Origin: Patescibacteria group bacterium
GTDB lineage: Bacteria > Patescibacteriota > Microgenomatia > UBA1400 > PJMF01
Assembly: GCA_039934415.1 (NCBI GenBank)
Contig: JBDTME010000003.1
Location: 11,821 to 75,820, forward strand
Direction: 5' to 3'
Length of the DNA: 64,000 nucleotides
The translations under genes were made by a program, and so were the position numbers. The notes beneath the pieces are model-generated. The model did no database searches and had not been told where the DNA came from. It was given only the letters and a program-made list of their open reading frames with translations. Numbering within the stretch: position 1 is the stretch's first letter; the number at the start of each line of letters is the position of its first letter. Positions 37,262 through 47,793 of the stretch are shown piece by piece.

Positions 37262-37642
37262 ATGAATCTCGAAAAACCATATATTATTTTTGTAAATGAT
37301 GGCGAGACTGGTGAAGCTACTCGGGCGTCAGTTTGCTTTCCAGCTCTCATTTTTAGTGATCCTGAGGTTCTTCAAGAATATTTGATGAATAGAACTACAT
37401 CGAAAACAGAAACCAATCAGATACATGCTTTTATCGTTGATCTCGAAAGTGCCAATTTTTCTCCCCAGGCAATGATTTTTCTTATTAAACAGTACGCCAG
37501 AGGTATCCCGATCATCAAACACTCAGGGCAGATCGAGTTTACTGAAGAAACGCTTGCTTTAGCATTGCGTGAGGCAACTTTGGCGGCCAAGATTATTCAG
37601 TTTCCAGGTCCAGATACATATCATGGGCGAAATGCTTCATAG
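37262..37642 (+). CDS. Hypothetical protein between two tRNAs
   Basis: ORF track 37220-37642; ATG at 37262 follows GAAGGGG and is the likelier start. Confidence 0.55.
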   Translation: MNLEKPYIIFVNDGETGEATRASVCFPALIFSDPEVLQEYLMNRTTSKTETNQIHAFIVDLESANFSPQAMIFLIKQYARGIPIIKHSGQIEFTEETLALALREATLAAKIIQFPGPDTYHGRNAS

Positions 37643-37686
37643 CCAAAGGCACCAAAAATCCAGAACCTTGCTATAATTCCGCTATT

Positions 37687-37758
37687 GCTCCTATAGTTCA
37701 ATGGATAGAACGAGGGTTTCCTAAACCCTAAATCCAGGTTCGACTCCCGGTGGGAGCA
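37687..37758 (+). tRNA. tRNA-Arg(CCT)
   Basis: GCTCCTA/TGGGAGC acceptor, anticodon arm AGGGT-TTCCTAA-ACCCT, GGTTCGACTCC T-arm. Confidence 0.95.
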
Positions 37759-38001
37759 CAACAATTTTATTTTTCTGAGTTTGAAATTGCTTGAAAATAC
37801 TTTGTTACACAAAATGTTACACATTTTCATTTAGCCCAATTTGAAGATAGGAAAAAAAGACTGTCTAGATTTTTAATCAGCAGAATTGTCAGAAAAACTC
37901 AATCTAATCTTTCGATAAATAATCCTTCGTACTCTTAAAATCTCAAAAGACCAAGTTTATCGGTAGTGTATTGAATTTCCTTTGTTATAATTTGGTGAAT
38001 T

Positions 38002-38418
38002 ATGCTCAAGGATCTCAGTATTACTAATATCATTACCGATTTGGAACGAGGCCAGTTTCTTCCGAGGGAATTAGAGCAACGGTTGATCGGATCGCAAGAT
38101 ACAGCGGATGCTTGGCAGATTGTGAATTTGATATATTTTATCTGTGATGCTCAGAGATTTTCGCCCCAAGATGATTCATTTGAAAAATGGAATGCTAATG
38201 ATTTAGCGAATATTGCAAAAGAGTTGTTGAGGAGACGATTAGAAGATTTGTTGAGAAACCCAAACGGAGCGGGTATAGAGCAGTCAACATTACTCCAGAC
38301 GGTGGACTCATCTCAATCGCAAGAAATAACTAACTTGCTACAAGGTGAAAAGCCTCTCGGTCTTCATGCTGATTTGAAAAAAATACTCGACTCAAGGGAA
38401 CAATCAAGACAGCTTTAA
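38002..38418 (+). CDS. Hypothetical protein
   Basis: 138-aa ORF with upstream TTGAAT...TGTTATAAT promoter-like sequence. Confidence 0.55.
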   Translation: MLKDLSITNIITDLERGQFLPRELEQRLIGSQDTADAWQIVNLIYFICDAQRFSPQDDSFEKWNANDLANIAKELLRRRLEDLLRNPNGAGIEQSTLLQTVDSSQSQEITNLLQGEKPLGLHADLKKILDSREQSRQL

Positions 38419-38448
38419 TCACTTCATCATGAGCAGCTTCAGCAGACC

Positions 38449-40683
38449 TCAGACTGATTCTTCAGTTTGTTTCGGTGGTTCTACGTACTCTTCTTTTGGC
38501 ATAGCAGGTGGTTTGTCATAGGTTGCTTCGTTTTTCTTGGCATATCTTTCTCTGGAAACTTTCAATACTTTTTGTTTATTCATGTTACTGCTCTTGGCGA
38601 GGCCGAGCGTAATGGCAGGGAATGGTTGGCTCAATCGATTGTCGATGCTGAGTTTAATGATGATTTGATAGCGAGCGAGCGAGACGAGGTCTTCAGCGGT
38701 GTATTTGTTACCGAACTCTTTGGTCATCCAATCTGAGTCTGAAGCGCCCAAGATAAAACTGGCAATGCTTCCGACATTTCCAAAAATAGCGGACTTGATC
38801 TCGTCAGGGATTTGATCGATGTATTGATTAGCCAGTGTCAGACTCAATCGATATTTACGCGCCTCAGACAGAATTTTTATAAAACTTGTCGTGGCGAAGT
38901 TTTGGAACTCATCAATGTACAGGAAAAAGTCGCGACGTTTTTCTTCTTCAATATAGACTCGATTCATGGCAGCCAACTGGATTTTAGTAATCAACATGGC
39001 CCCGATCAGCGCAGTGTTATCTTCACCTAGTTTTCCTTGCGACAAATTGACTAACAAAATCTTGCCTTCATCCATAATCTCTTCAATACTAAACGAGCTT
39101 TTTTGCGTATTCACCACATTGCGGACGAGAGGAGAGGTCACGAACTGTCCCACTTTGTTCAGGATTGGCGAAATAGCTTCATTACGTTGTTTATCTTGCA
39201 TGGTGTTAAACTCTGCCACCCAGAAATTTTTCAATACCGGATCTTCAAGTTCATCGACAACGCGCTTGCGATACTTCACATCAGTCAGCATGCGTAAAAT
39301 GTCATCTAGCTTTGCGTTCTGAGACAACAGCGTTAGTAATGTATTACGCAAAATATATTCCAGTCTTGGCCCCCAAGAGTTGGCATACAACTTTTGAAAA
39401 ATAGCCACAATTCCTGACGCAATCAGTTCTCGATGGACGATATTTCCACCTTCAAATAAATTCAGTTTGACGACAGCTTCTGTATCGGTCGGATCAAACA
39501 CTATCACATCGTTAATCCGATGCTTTGGGACGTAGTTCAAAACCGTTTCGATCAGATCTCCGTGTGGATCGATCACGGCCACACCTTTATTGTGCTTCAA
39601 ATCATTGATGACCATGTTCGCGAGGAGTGTCGATTTACCGGTGCCACTTTTTCCAATCACGTACATGTGGCGGCGACGGTCAACATCCTTTATCCCGAAA
39701 ATGCGTTGTTGGTTTTTGTACTCAGCTTTAGCAAAAAGATTGACGTTGTCTCGCTCTTCTTCGGGAATATTTTCAAAAAAAGGCAAGTCTTCTGGTGGTT
39801 CACCGAGCAAGTTCTTGCCCCAAGCGATATTTTTAATCGTGGAGAGCTGTTTATTCGGCAAGTGAAACATGGTGGCGAGCTCTGACAACGAGAAGTATTG
39901 ATTGGGGAGTTTGGTAAATGAACGGGTCAGGATTTTTTTGATAAGAGAGTACTTAGCAATCAAAGGTTTTCTGAGCTCCATGCGAGTCAATGAAGAGTCG
40001 AAGGAGTGAAATGCTTGGCCAACAGATTGGAGCAACATCTCAGCACGAGTAGAATCCACACTCTGGACCAACACGCGAATATTAGTTTGAAATCCAGTTT
40101 CCAGTACTTTTTTCTCGATATCGCTTTTTTGGGGGTGGGGCTTATACGTTCCATCTGTTTGTTTGACTCCAAGTTGAACATATTTTTCTGCCTGGTTCTT
40201 CCAGTGATTTCTAGCTTTCCGAACAGTGAACTGAATCAATATCGTGTCACCAGGCATCGTTTTACTTAATGTCGATAATACAGTAGACAGTGGGTCGGTC
40301 TCGGAAAAATCCTGATATGTTTTGAGAGAAAAGTAATGACTGCCCGTTTGTTTGAGAGTGGCAGCTGATTGCGGTGGAGTGGGGTCTTGGCGAAACTCGA
40401 TAAAAGGGTCATGTTCGAGCTCTTTGATCAAAATTTCAGGGTAAGCTGCAGTCAACTGACCTTTTGCATACTCGACCATGGATTCAGGAACCGTTACGAA
40501 GAAAAAAGTCACTTGGCCTTGATTGAGGATTTCAAATGTGAGGACAGGTGCGTGTTTCCAAAAGTGGAAGAGCCCAGATGGAGGGTTGGGCAGGGTAGTG
40601 AAAAACTGAGCAGCAGCCGCAGGCGTATGTTCTGCATCACGAGCAGTCCTCAGCTCTAGAGTCACCCGGCGTTCAGTAGACAT
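38449..40683 (-). CDS. TraD/TrwB/HerA-like (type IV coupling protein-like) ATPase
   Basis: RRRHMYVIGKSGTGKS (Walker A), IDPHGD, WGPRLEYIL, FLYIDEFQNF (Walker B), LSEARKY. Confidence 0.9.
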   Translation of the reverse strand: MSTERRVTLELRTARDAEHTPAAAAQFFTTLPNPPSGLFHFWKHAPVLTFEILNQGQVTFFFVTVPESMVEYAKGQLTAAYPEILIKELEHDPFIEFRQDPTPPQSAATLKQTGSHYFSLKTYQDFSETDPLSTVLSTLSKTMPGDTILIQFTVRKARNHWKNQAEKYVQLGVKQTDGTYKPHPQKSDIEKKVLETGFQTNIRVLVQSVDSTRAEMLLQSVGQAFHSFDSSLTRMELRKPLIAKYSLIKKILTRSFTKLPNQYFSLSELATMFHLPNKQLSTIKNIAWGKNLLGEPPEDLPFFENIPEEERDNVNLFAKAEYKNQQRIFGIKDVDRRRHMYVIGKSGTGKSTLLANMVINDLKHNKGVAVIDPHGDLIETVLNYVPKHRINDVIVFDPTDTEAVVKLNLFEGGNIVHRELIASGIVAIFQKLYANSWGPRLEYILRNTLLTLLSQNAKLDDILRMLTDVKYRKRVVDELEDPVLKNFWVAEFNTMQDKQRNEAISPILNKVGQFVTSPLVRNVVNTQKSSFSIEEIMDEGKILLVNLSQGKLGEDNTALIGAMLITKIQLAAMNRVYIEEEKRRDFFLYIDEFQNFATTSFIKILSEARKYRLSLTLANQYIDQIPDEIKSAIFGNVGSIASFILGASDSDWMTKEFGNKYTAEDLVSLARYQIIIKLSIDNRLSQPFPAITLGLAKSSNMNKQKVLKVSRERYAKKNEATYDKPPAMPKEEYVEPPKQTEESV

Positions 40684-40727
40684 AGTGCAAGTATAGCAGG
40701 ATCAACTGGGATCGAGCCAGAGGGTGA

Positions 40728-41084
40728 TCAAGCTTTATTTTCTAATTCTTTGACTACAGTTTGGATGTCATCATGAAGCTTGGGTATATCCTTATAAAGA
40801 GTATTCCAAATTCTTTCTAGATTAATACTATCGTAATCATGAGAAATCAGATGTCTTAAACCGGCAATTTGAGTCCAAGGTATATATGAATATTTCTTTT
40901 TCAGAGCTTGATCAAGTTTATTTGATGATTCTCCAATAATTTGTAATCTCATCAGAATTGCATCCTGGGTTTTTATATCGTCCACAAATTGTGTAAATGA
41001 CATATGAGCAATATGATTTTGAATTTTTTGTATTGACTCTAGAATGTCATCTAAATAGAGCAGGGGGTCACGCAATGAAAACAT
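40728..41084 (-). CDS. HEPN (DUF86/HepT-like) RNase toxin
   Basis: LQIIGE, IPW, RHLISHDY (RX4HXY), ERIW. Confidence 0.9.
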   Translation of the reverse strand: MFSLRDPLLYLDDILESIQKIQNHIAHMSFTQFVDDIKTQDAILMRLQIIGESSNKLDQALKKKYSYIPWTQIAGLRHLISHDYDSINLERIWNTLYKDIPKLHDDIQTVVKELENKA

Positions 41085-41088
41085 AAAA

Positions 41089-41637
41089 TTATAGAATTGG
41101 TTGTACTTGTTGTAAAACTCGATCTCGAATTCGAGGTTTTAAATATTTATATTCAACTAAATCAACAGGGCGTTTCAATTTTTCTTCGAGTTCATTCTTA
41201 AGCTGAAAATGATCAAAAAGGCTAGTACCTGGTGGTGGCTCATAAAGCAAATCAACATCACTTTCTGAGCTAAAGTCATTTGTAGTGGCAGAACCAAAAA
41301 TGCCTGCTTTTTTAACATTATGTTTTTTCAGAATTGGCAGAATTTTTTTTTGAAGTTTTCGTAGGAGAACTCTTACAGGATCATCATAAAGAATCTCGTC
41401 ATCTGTTAGCTCATCAAAATATGTTGGACCTGTATATACATTTTTCTCTCCTAGCTGAGAAAAATCGAAAGATTTTGGTTGTTTTCTTAACTCTTTCTTG
41501 AATATCTTTGCCTTTTTTTTGATTTTAGTCCCTAAATAATCTCTAATGACTTGAGCCATGGGCATGCCGTCTCGGACGGAAACTGCCTTGAGGTCGTCAT
41601 ACATTTCATCTGGGAGTTTGATTGGTAAGACTTTCAT
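41089..41637 (-). CDS. MNT nucleotidyltransferase antitoxin with N-terminal ribbon-helix-helix domain
   Basis: GSATTNDFSSESDVD (GSX10DXD), RPVDLV; N-terminus VLPIKLPDEMYDDLKAVSVRDGMPMAQVIRDYL. Confidence 0.88.
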   Translation of the reverse strand: MKVLPIKLPDEMYDDLKAVSVRDGMPMAQVIRDYLGTKIKKKAKIFKKELRKQPKSFDFSQLGEKNVYTGPTYFDELTDDEILYDDPVRVLLRKLQKKILPILKKHNVKKAGIFGSATTNDFSSESDVDLLYEPPPGTSLFDHFQLKNELEEKLKRPVDLVEYKYLKPRIRDRVLQQVQPIL

Positions 41638-41639
41638 AT

Positions 41640-41678
41640 GTGTATATACACTTTAACAAATTTCGTATATACGGTCAA
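41640..41678 (-). promoter_or_regulatory. Sigma70 promoter of the MNT/HEPN operon with two GTATATAC palindromic operators
   Basis: TTGACC (41678-41673), 17 nt, TAAAGT (41655-41650); palindromes GTGTATATACAC 41640-41651 and CGTATATACG 41664-41673. Confidence 0.75.
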
Positions 41679-41756
41679 GACTGACGTCTTGATTGATGTA
41701 GAAGAGTATATCTAACCTGGTAAAAACGTCAATTTTATCTTGATTTTTCGAGGAAA

Positions 41757-42737
41757 ATGTCCTATAATATGCGGACTATGGAATTATTGAAGGTGTTGGC
41801 CAATGTCTTGATTGTCCTGGGGGCCTTGATCTGGATCTCGTTACGAGCTATCTGGAATTTGGTCTATTTCGCCTGGGAAGTTATTCGGGACTACACACCA
41901 TTATTTGCCAAGAAAATCAATAAATTCCTCAAGAGAGGATCAACTTCCTCGATCATATTAAGCGAGGATGTATATCCTAATCCAGACAATAAAGTGGTGT
42001 TTGATAGTTCTTGGTTGAAAGAGGCTGCTTCGCAACCGGAATACCTTCTTCCAGACCGAGCCAGGATCAACGCTGAACCATCTTTGCCAGAAAAGCGTGC
42101 CGCTCAGCCGTTGATGTTAGAAATACTTTCTAAGCTGTCATTAGCCGGGATGGTCGTAAGTTTGGCCATTTTGCTCTATATTTTCTTTCCAGATCTCGTC
42201 TACGCCGTCATTCCGATGAAGACCGAACCGATTCAAACTGCAGTCGATCAGTCAGCACTGGGGGGAAAGTTCACTGACGGTAATCTGTACTCAAAAACGA
42301 GCCTCCCCGAGAAAAATGAGTATCTCCCAGAAGGCAATTGGTTAGTGATTCCCAAGATCGACGTGATCACGAACATCAATGAGTCAGCTATCGAGACACA
42401 CGAGTCAGCCTTGAAGAAAGGAGTCTGGAGAGTGCCAGATTTTGCCGACCCGACTCAACAAAAAAAATTCCCAACCATCTTAGTGGCGCATCGATATGGC
42501 TATATTGCCTGGTCTGACCAATTTCGTCGCCAGAACTCTTTCTACCACCTTGATCAACTTGGAGTTGGAGACACTTTTGAAATCATCTGGGACCACCGAC
42601 GATTTCAGTACGAGATCTACGCTGGCGAAGAAGGCCAACAAATCACCGACTACAACGCCGACATCGTCCTTTATACCTGCAAGTACCTAAACTCTCCCGT
42701 CCGGATCTTCCGGTACGCGAGACGAGTGGAGTACTAA
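41757..42737 (+). CDS. Sortase-domain protein
   Basis: LVIPKID, ALKKGVW, AHRYG (His), FYHLDQLGVGD, LYTC (Cys), PVR (Arg); N-terminal TMs. Confidence 0.85.
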   Translation: MSYNMRTMELLKVLANVLIVLGALIWISLRAIWNLVYFAWEVIRDYTPLFAKKINKFLKRGSTSSIILSEDVYPNPDNKVVFDSSWLKEAASQPEYLLPDRARINAEPSLPEKRAAQPLMLEILSKLSLAGMVVSLAILLYIFFPDLVYAVIPMKTEPIQTAVDQSALGGKFTDGNLYSKTSLPEKNEYLPEGNWLVIPKIDVITNINESAIETHESALKKGVWRVPDFADPTQQKKFPTILVAHRYGYIAWSDQFRRQNSFYHLDQLGVGDTFEIIWDHRRFQYEIYAGEEGQQITDYNADIVLYTCKYLNSPVRIFRYARRVEY

Positions 42738-42781
42738 AGAGGGTTACCGCTGATTAGGTAGGATTACTATATAATGAATTC

Positions 42782-45700
42782 ATGATGAGTCGAGTTTTTA
42801 AAAAGCATTGGGGAATCTTCTGCCTATTGGTAATTTTGGGCCTCATCATTGTTCGGAATTTCAGTGTTTCAATCGATATTAATGGTTGGGATAATTTTGG
42901 TATCCATCTGGATTTACCACTCAATCTGTTTAGAACTATTTTTTCTTCATGGCGGGAGTATCGAGGATTGGGTGCTCCGAATGATTCAGAAGGGGTAGAC
43001 ATCTTCAGAGTAGTTTTCTTCATTTTCTTATCGCTATTTTTCAAATTAAAAGTCTTGAACATGGTGTACTATTTCTTGCTGTTGGGCACAGGGTGCTTGG
43101 GGATGTTTTTTTTGAGCATGGAGATAGCTAAAGAGAGTAAGCTGAAACTTTTTCAACGACATTTCTATTTGGAGTTAATGGGTTTTTTGGCAGGTTTAAT
43201 GTATTTATTTAGCCTGCACACTATTGGAACTTTCTATTTGCCGATCGTGATGTATGTGGCTCGGTATGCTTTTTTTCCAGTTGTCTTGTTGTTTTTTCTG
43301 AGACTCAGTAAAGGATTGTGGTCCAAGAGTAATGTCTTCTTCTTTTGTATCTTCACTTTGTTTTTAAGCACGAGTTATTTGACCGCTACCGTCTTTTTAA
43401 CTTTCTGTCTCATTTTGATGATGATTGGTGTGTCGCGGTTGCGGTTGTTCAAGTCTTTTTTTCTGACAGGTTTATTATTTATTTTCTTAAATAGTTTTTG
43501 GCTGTTTGGTTTCATCAACTATGCTACGCAAAAATCATCGATCTTGCCGTTGGCTTCGACGTTTATTGAAGTCAACGAAATCCAGCTCAACCAAGCTGAG
43601 AAGAATTTCTCATGGGAAAATATCGTTACTTACAAACCAAGTTTTTTCACCACGACATATCAAGCGCCTGATCGATTGCAGTCATACCTTCATCCATTGG
43701 TGGACCAATTAGCGCAAAGCAATTTTTTAAGAATCCTCATTCTCATCCCAAGTTTTTTGGGGCTGACTGGTCTATTTCTCATTCTTTTTGTGTCTATTTA
43801 TAAAAAGAACATGCAGCTGCTGTGGATAGTGTGCTTAGCTGTCCTCACGCTTATTCTGTTGAGAAGAGAGAACCCTCCCACAGGGTTTATATACGATTTC
43901 TTGGGAGCAAATATTCCTTTTTTCAAGATCATTTTCCGTTTTGGGGCTGAAAAATTTAGTCAGCTCTTGGTCATCAGTCTTTCAACGTCAGCTGCCTTAT
44001 TCATGGTGATGGTGATTTGGAGCATGCAGTTCTTCAAAAAGTATTTGATAAAGAGTGTAGGGAGATTTTTTCAACTCAGTACCATCCTGATTTTTAGTTT
44101 TATTGTCATCTATCCATATGCACCTTTTTGGATGAATTCTGGATTTTTTAGTCCAATAGTGCACGTCAACATTCCAACTCAATATCAACAAGTCTCAGAG
44201 TTACTTGCCAATGATTCAACCGGTAGGGTGTTGCAGTTACCATTTGATCGGTACTCATATTGGAAGTCCTATCAGTGGGGTTACGTTGGTTCCTCCTTTT
44301 TTCACTTTTTCCTTCCGTCTGCGTTGATCGATCGTACATTTGAGCCGGCGAGTGTCGAAAACGATGAGCTTGATCAAACCATTCTCACAACATTACAAAA
44401 TGGGCAGTATTTAGAGCAACCTTATCGCAAACAACGAGCGTTGCAGTTCTATAATTTGTTGGAAAAAACGGACACTCAATTCGTGATGGTTGATGAGTCA
44501 ATAGATAAACAAGTATTGGCTCGTAATTCACAGTACTGGGGTGATTTTAATCTTGAAGATTCCAAAGCAATTGTTCAGGAGGCGGAGCAAGCAGGATTAT
44601 TCATAAAGATTTTTGATGAGCCTTTGTCGGGCAATTTTTCAAATGCTCAGCCTCCACATTTGATTGTGTATAAAACAGTTACCAGTCCGAAAATGTTTCA
44701 AGCACATTCGCAAGTTGTCGAGATTGATCCTGCGTTAAAAAATAGCTTCGTCAACTTCATGATGGATAAGGGCCAGGATTATATTCAAGATACGGCTTCG
44801 AAAACTTTTCGAACGTATCCATTTTATCGATATGATAGTCAACTCACTGAAGGGGGACAACACCTCACACTACAAACAAAGTATCAACCCACAGATCCTA
44901 TTTCTCATGTGGGATTTGAGAAAGCAGAGTCAGAGAGCCAGCTTGTTGCTGTGTTCACTGAACGATCTAACGAAGGTCTTCGAGTCAGATTGAAAAGACT
45001 ATCCAACCCCTTAGATTTTCAAAACATTTCCGAGCAATCTCAGTTTAATTTTGACTTTCAGTTGCCTGAAAAAGGTCTGAATTCGGCGGCGACGCAATCG
45101 CTAGACGGAGTAGTTGGGAACTGGGCGATGATCTCTGACGATGTGTTAGCAAATTATCGCTTACAGATCGGCCCACAAGTATTACCCATCCCACAAACAG
45201 CTGGGTATTTGGGAACCGTGTTGCTATCAGATTCAACTTTTACAGTTAATCTTCTAAAGAAGAACGATACTGTTGATTTGAAAACCAACATGGTCGAGAA
45301 AACGGCTGATTTTAATTGTTTTAAAGATAAGACGAGTGGATATCAATCATCTCTGGACTATTTAACTGATCGTATACAGGTGATAACCAAAGAAGGTACG
45401 AGTTGCCTGACTTTCCCTGTAGTGAAGAGTGGAACTCAAGAAGTAAAACATGTGGAAGTCAAATTTACAGCGCAGGCTGAACTCGAAAAAAATATCAACG
45501 AGAAAGTGATTAATTCTGCTTTATTCCAAAGAAAGACATCCCGAGAGACAGATACGTATGTTAAAAGTTTGCCCGAGCGGATGAGTTTGGGGTTATGCTT
45601 TATTGATCCTGATACTGGTCAGTGTTTGAATACGACTCAAGGGATTGAGATTAACACACAGAGAGAAGTATGGGCACCACTGGAAAAATCAGTTCAGCGA

Positions 45701-46858
45701 GAAAGTGATGTCCAAGTTCTATTTACACTGCCATCTTTTAATAAGGATTTTTCTCATTTTGAGTTAAGCCAGATCCAAACAGATGTCTTTGGATCAGTGG
45801 GTACTTCAGGTGAGTTAACGTTGAATCAAACCAACGGTGGTGATTCTTTACCATTTGAAGCCATCGATCGTATTGATATTCCATACGTTTTTTCTGACTC
45901 TGCATTTTTCATGAATTCAGAGCGGCAGCAAATGGTTGAAAGTTTCACTCGGGGATGCGAAAAGGAAACGGGTTACCGGACGGTGAGAACTTTTGACGAG
46001 ACTCGTTCGATTGGGTATGTTTCAGATTGTCAGCAAGGGTTTTACACTTTTGTTCCATTTAATCCGCAGCATCTCTATGTGTGGACGGCGCAGTACATGG
46101 TTTACTCGGGTAAAGATCCGAAATTTTTATTGGAACAAAAAGGACGATATAAAGATGAATATTTGTCTCGATACTCACTCTTCCCAAACATTCCTGGTTT
46201 CAGAACACTTCAACGGTCAGATGCCTTTCTGGGTGGTGAGACTGAGGATGCTGTCAACTCGATCAAGCAACTTTTTACAATCACACCTACTCATGAAGTG
46301 TTTACGACGGTTCCGCCACAACTAGGTGTTGAAAATGAGAAGAATATTATTCCATTTCAAATCACCCAACATTCAGAGAATCAGGGTCTTTTGGAGATAG
46401 CAAAGATGAATGTGATGGCATTACCAGGATCTTGGGATAGTTTCTTTGTTGATTTTGGGAACGTTACTCATTCATATGTGCCGGTCCAAATTACTGCTAG
46501 TCAGAGGGTGTTGCCATCTTTATGGAAAATGGATTTCTTGTTTCCTCAGAGTGATGAGAAAACGCAGTCGTTAATAGAGTTTGGTCAGGCTTTTGATACT
46601 CAGTGGGGGATCTATCGAGGGAACTCATTTCTCAGTGCGTTGTTGTTTGGTCGTGTAGATGCAAGGCATGTCAAAGTGAATGGGTGGAGTAATGGCTGGG
46701 TTTTGAATCCTGACATAGAAACACATGGCGCTTCGCAGCATTTTTATGTGTTTTATTGGCCTGAATTACTGTCTTGGTTGGGGTGGAGTGTGACGAGTAG
46801 CGTCTTTGTTGGTGTCTTAATTTCTATGTTCAAGAAAAGAAAACATGTTCACAAATAA
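42782..46858 (+). CDS. Large GT-C-like membrane glycosyltransferase (YfhO/AftD-like architecture)
   Basis: N-terminal multi-TM domain (IFRFGAEKF), IPTQY..GRVLQLP, large extracellular part, FDTQW..HVKVNGWSNGW and terminal TM. Confidence 0.65.
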   Translation: MMSRVFKKHWGIFCLLVILGLIIVRNFSVSIDINGWDNFGIHLDLPLNLFRTIFSSWREYRGLGAPNDSEGVDIFRVVFFIFLSLFFKLKVLNMVYYFLLLGTGCLGMFFLSMEIAKESKLKLFQRHFYLELMGFLAGLMYLFSLHTIGTFYLPIVMYVARYAFFPVVLLFFLRLSKGLWSKSNVFFFCIFTLFLSTSYLTATVFLTFCLILMMIGVSRLRLFKSFFLTGLLFIFLNSFWLFGFINYATQKSSILPLASTFIEVNEIQLNQAEKNFSWENIVTYKPSFFTTTYQAPDRLQSYLHPLVDQLAQSNFLRILILIPSFLGLTGLFLILFVSIYKKNMQLLWIVCLAVLTLILLRRENPPTGFIYDFLGANIPFFKIIFRFGAEKFSQLLVISLSTSAALFMVMVIWSMQFFKKYLIKSVGRFFQLSTILIFSFIVIYPYAPFWMNSGFFSPIVHVNIPTQYQQVSELLANDSTGRVLQLPFDRYSYWKSYQWGYVGSSFFHFFLPSALIDRTFEPASVENDELDQTILTTLQNGQYLEQPYRKQRALQFYNLLEKTDTQFVMVDESIDKQVLARNSQYWGDFNLEDSKAIVQEAEQAGLFIKIFDEPLSGNFSNAQPPHLIVYKTVTSPKMFQAHSQVVEIDPALKNSFVNFMMDKGQDYIQDTASKTFRTYPFYRYDSQLTEGGQHLTLQTKYQPTDPISHVGFEKAESESQLVAVFTERSNEGLRVRLKRLSNPLDFQNISEQSQFNFDFQLPEKGLNSAATQSLDGVVGNWAMISDDVLANYRLQIGPQVLPIPQTAGYLGTVLLSDSTFTVNLLKKNDTVDLKTNMVEKTADFNCFKDKTSGYQSSLDYLTDRIQVITKEGTSCLTFPVVKSGTQEVKHVEVKFTAQAELEKNINEKVINSALFQRKTSRETDTYVKSLPERMSLGLCFIDPDTGQCLNTTQGIEINTQREVWAPLEKSVQRESDVQVLFTLPSFNKDFSHFELSQIQTDVFGSVGTSGELTLNQTNGGDSLPFEAIDRIDIPYVFSDSAFFMNSERQQMVESFTRGCEKETGYRTVRTFDETRSIGYVSDCQQGFYTFVPFNPQHLYVWTAQYMVYSGKDPKFLLEQKGRYKDEYLSRYSLFPNIPGFRTLQRSDAFLGGETEDAVNSIKQLFTITPTHEVFTTVPPQLGVENEKNIIPFQITQHSENQGLLEIAKMNVMALPGSWDSFFVDFGNVTHSYVPVQITASQRVLPSLWKMDFLFPQSDEKTQSLIEFGQAFDTQWGIYRGNSFLSALLFGRVDARHVKVNGWSNGWVLNPDIETHGASQHFYVFYWPELLSWLGWSVTSSVFVGVLISMFKKRKHVHK

Positions 46859-46864
46859 GTGTGT

Positions 46865-47782
46865 TTACTTCTCGAAGGAAAAGACGGGGCGTTGAAACTG
46901 TGTCAGGCTGCTGATGAGCCGTTTCCAGTCATTTAACAAGCGTAGTAAAGGTGTTTGGACGTGACGAATCACTCGATAGACCCACCAGTTGAATTGTGCT
47001 GGAAAGAGGTACCCCGCTGTTAGCTCAGCAATCCAGAACACTCGATCACCGAAACTAGGTGCTTGAATGCACTCGGCAGCCCATTGATGGACGGCCCAGG
47101 TTTTTTTCATTTGTCTGGAGTGGCTTTTGATAGATCCACAATCACTATGCCATCGGACTTGAGTCAGTACGGTTTGTAAATTGGCCATTTTTCCAAGCAT
47201 TCCGAGTTGATACCACATGTGGACGTCATCAGCTGGCCAAAAATATTGACTGTAGCCATCGGTTTGAAGCCAAGCATCTTTTCGGTACATGACAGTAGGG
47301 TCGGAATAAGGACTGAGGATCATCCATTGGTCACGGATTTGAGAGTCAGTTTTAGGGAATTTAATGACGTCGTACTGAGGATTGTCTTGGGTGAATAACT
47401 TGATCGCGCCTCCCACAATGACGTACTCTTGGCGACTTTCTAGAAATTTCACTTGTTTTTCGAGTCGGTCTTTGACCATGATGTCATCTTGATTGAGACG
47501 AGCAATATACTTGCCGCGTGCTTTTTTGACACCAAAATTGAGACATCGGGTCATGCCTTTATTTTTGCGAAATCCATAAAAAGAAATGTGTTTATATTTC
47601 TTTGAATATCCGAGACATTTTTTGCGACTTTGATCGCTACTACCGTCATCGACCAAAATAATCTCCACTTTTTTGTAAGTAGAGTTGAGGACCGATTCGA
47701 TCGCCTGATCCAAGTACTCGGTTCCGTTGTAAACCGGAATCAGTACCGAAACGAGTGGAGATTTAATAAGAGAGTTACTCAT
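46865..47782 (-). CDS. Glycosyltransferase family 2
   Basis: VSVLIPVYN, VDDGSSD, ARGKYIARLNQDD; start placed at the second Met to avoid overlap. Confidence 0.92.
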   Translation of the reverse strand: MSNSLIKSPLVSVLIPVYNGTEYLDQAIESVLNSTYKKVEIILVDDGSSDQSRKKCLGYSKKYKHISFYGFRKNKGMTRCLNFGVKKARGKYIARLNQDDIMVKDRLEKQVKFLESRQEYVIVGGAIKLFTQDNPQYDVIKFPKTDSQIRDQWMILSPYSDPTVMYRKDAWLQTDGYSQYFWPADDVHMWYQLGMLGKMANLQTVLTQVRWHSDCGSIKSHSRQMKKTWAVHQWAAECIQAPSFGDRVFWIAELTAGYLFPAQFNWWVYRVIRHVQTPLLRLLNDWKRLISSLTQFQRPVFSFEK

Positions 47783-47793
47783 AGCTGATGAGA

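Noticed and set aside
38449-40683. Conjugative element
   Set aside because: No relaxase or mating-pair genes nearby; this ATPase type is a common chromosomal CPR gene
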